Origin: Candidatus Bathyarchaeia archaeon
GTDB taxonomy: Archaea > Thermoproteota > Bathyarchaeia > Bathyarchaeales > Bathycorpusculaceae
Assembly (NCBI GenBank): GCA_050015395.1
Contig: JBEKBM010000028.1
Span: 1-41,635 of the forward strand
Length of the DNA stretch: 41,635 nucleotides
Reading direction: 5' to 3'
The position numbers and the translations under genes are program-made. Each line of letters begins with the position of its first letter. Position 1 is the stretch's first letter. Below are positions 40,061-41,635 of this stretch, piece by piece. The notes under the pieces are model-generated. The model searched no databases. It saw only the letters and a list, made by a program, of their open reading frames with translations, and had not been told where the DNA came from.

Positions 40061-40120
40061 ATGTTGATTCATGTTTGGCGTCTATTAGGATCATCTAGTA
40101 GACCGAGGGGGTAGGCTGTG
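40061..40120 (+). repeat. Direct repeat, right copy flanking the MNT-HEPN module
   Basis: Exact core at 40082-40105; contains GTCTATTAG-GATCAT-CTAGTAGAC. Confidence 0.9.
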
Positions 40121-40340
40121 AGAGAGAGCAAACCGCTGCTTGACCTACAGGATACCCTGCTATTTGTGACAAAATCCCACCACAAAAAGATTGATTAAAC
40201 GACAAAGCCTCCCCTCCCTACTTTTTACACCCATTTTTCATTAGTAAAAAGCGCAGAGTAAACAATCACGCTCAGCGTAGACCCTGCACGCCACAGGCGT
40301 TCTAATTAGGACATCATATAGGTTTTTTGTTCTAATTTTG

Positions 40341-40729
40341 CCGCCAAACTTATATGCCTAAAACCCGCCTAAGTTTTACTTCCCGATGCAACTCGGCAAC
40401 TAACCCATGCCGCGTGAAGACGTGAACTTGAGCCTAAACACCTCAAAAATGACACAAGACGCAAAAACCGCTGTTCAACAAACCTTATTATGTATCAACG
40501 TAATCCTTATATTAGCCAAATCCGCTTCTAATGCAATTCAGCAATATGGGTTATACCATCAAAAATAGATGCAACTCCCCACCGCATCGATGAGGAGTGA
40601 AGGGTGAACTGACTTCGCCACGACACGCGCGAAGATCAAAATGACACCATGCATAGGACAAACAATCAACGACGCCACACAACATATTGAAATGTGTTTC
40701 ACCAAACGCCAAACAAACACCACCAATGG
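40341..40729 (+). promoter_or_regulatory. 23S rRNA promoter/leader with two copies of a structured module
   Basis: TTATAT boxes at 40350 and 40507. Modules GATGCA-hairpin-GAAG..GTGAAC-hairpin-AAATGACAC at 40385-40455 and 40568-40654. Confidence 0.55.
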
Positions 40730-41635
40730 CCCGAAACATGCCACGCCGTCTGGAGGATGGCTCGGCTTGAGAGCCGAAGAAGGGCGCGGCAAGCCGCGAT
40801 ACCGCCCCGGGTAGGCGCATGCAGCCTTAGATCCGGGGATACCTGAATGGGACTTCCTAGAATATGCTCCCTTCATGGGAGCGGGAACCCCCCGAACGGA
40901 AGCATCTTAGTAGGGGGAGGAAAAGAAACCAAACACGGGATTCCCTTAGTAGCAGCGAGCGAAATGGGAAAAGTCCAAACCGAATCCCACATGGAAACAT
41001 ATGGGAGATGTAGGGTTAAGGGCCTGGCTTCCTCTTCACTGGTTAAGCTGAAGTGGCCTGAAATGACCCGCCACAGAGGGTGACAGCCCCGTAAACGTAA
41101 GCCAGAAAGAGCAGAGCTAGAGTCCCAGACTACCGCACCATGGTTTTGGTGCGGAAAGTTGGGAGGCACCAACTTCCAAGACTAAATACGCCTCAAGACC
41201 GATAGCGCACTAGTACGGTGACGGAAAACTGAAAAGTACCCCGGAATGGGGGTGAAAAGTGCCTGAAACCAGACGGTTATAGACGTGTGCGGCCCAGAAG
41301 AGTAGATCCTCTCCATAGGAACCCGCTGTGAAGCGGCAGTACGAGGAGAGGGGATCAGGGTTGCACGTTCCGTCTAGAAACACGGGCCGGGGAGTTTATA
41401 GTTAAGGCAAGCCTAAGGGTTAAAAACCCGTAAGCACAGGGAAACCAACAAGCACGCAACTCCGCAAGGAGCCAGGTGCAGGGTCTGAAAGGGCCCGGAG
41501 TCATAACTATACATACTAGAAACCAGACGATCTAGCCTTGGGCAGGGCGAAGCTAGGCGAAAGCCTAGTGGAGGCTCGAAAGGGTTCTGACGTGCAATTC
41601 GTTCCCCAGACCTGGGGCTAGGGGCTAAAGACCAA
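40730..41635 (+). rRNA. rrl: 23S rRNA, 5' part (runs off the window; 5' end approximate)
   Basis: GGATGGCTCGGC, GAACGGAAGCATCTTAGTA, GTAGCAGCGAGCGAA, GACCGATAGCGCACTAGTAC, CCGTCTAGAAACACGGGCC, GGGGCTAAAGACCAA, all archaeal LSU signatures. Confidence 0.97.

Noticed and set aside
40583-40597. CGCATCGATGAGGAG resembling the eukaryotic 5.8S signature
   Set aside because: The true 5.8S-equivalent region is at the 23S 5' end (~40752 onward); this match is the loop and stem of the leader hairpin and is probably coincidental.
40551-41172. ORFs overlapping the 23S rRNA and its leader
   Set aside because: Shadow ORFs on rRNA sequence.
1-41635. CRISPR array or cas genes
   Set aside because: No regularly spaced repeats with unique spacers were seen, and the HEPN proteins are DUF86 TA toxins, not CRISPR effectors.

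Overview
Archaeal chromosomal window, most likely TACK/Bathyarchaeia (inferred from the 23S sequence, the eS19-PDCD5-eL39-eL31-aIF6-eL20-pfdA-ftsY gene string and the protein content; no database check was possible). Left to right: (1) an MNT-HEPN toxin-antitoxin pair with a frameshifted toxin; (2) a ~24 kb surface-glycan locus (746-24524) with six GT2 enzymes, two cobalamin-binding radical SAM enzymes (one with an expanded CX7CX2C motif), two class I methyltransferases, a large GT-C-like membrane protein, a Wzx-type flippase, the UDP-Glc > UDP-GlcA > UDP-Xyl pathway and rmlA-C-B-D, where rmlC and rmlD appear to need ACG and CTG starts; (3) the conserved rnp4-yhbY-rps19e...ftsY cluster, interrupted twice by DNA carrying gene relics (a blue-copper protein with a PEF-type sorting signal, an orphan HATPase) and a zinc-ribbon microprotein; (4) a gene-poor region of small ORFs, a secreted glycoprotein and an AAA/DUF4143 ATPase; (5) tRNA-Cys(GCA), an intact MNT-HEPN module bracketed by 60-bp direct repeats with a recombination-site-like 9-6-9 core, and the 5' part of a 23S rRNA gene with no 16S upstream, preceded by a duplicated, covarying structured leader. 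Best candidates for new biology are the radical-SAM glycan/glycolipid tailoring locus and the repeat-bounded toxin-antitoxin cassette.
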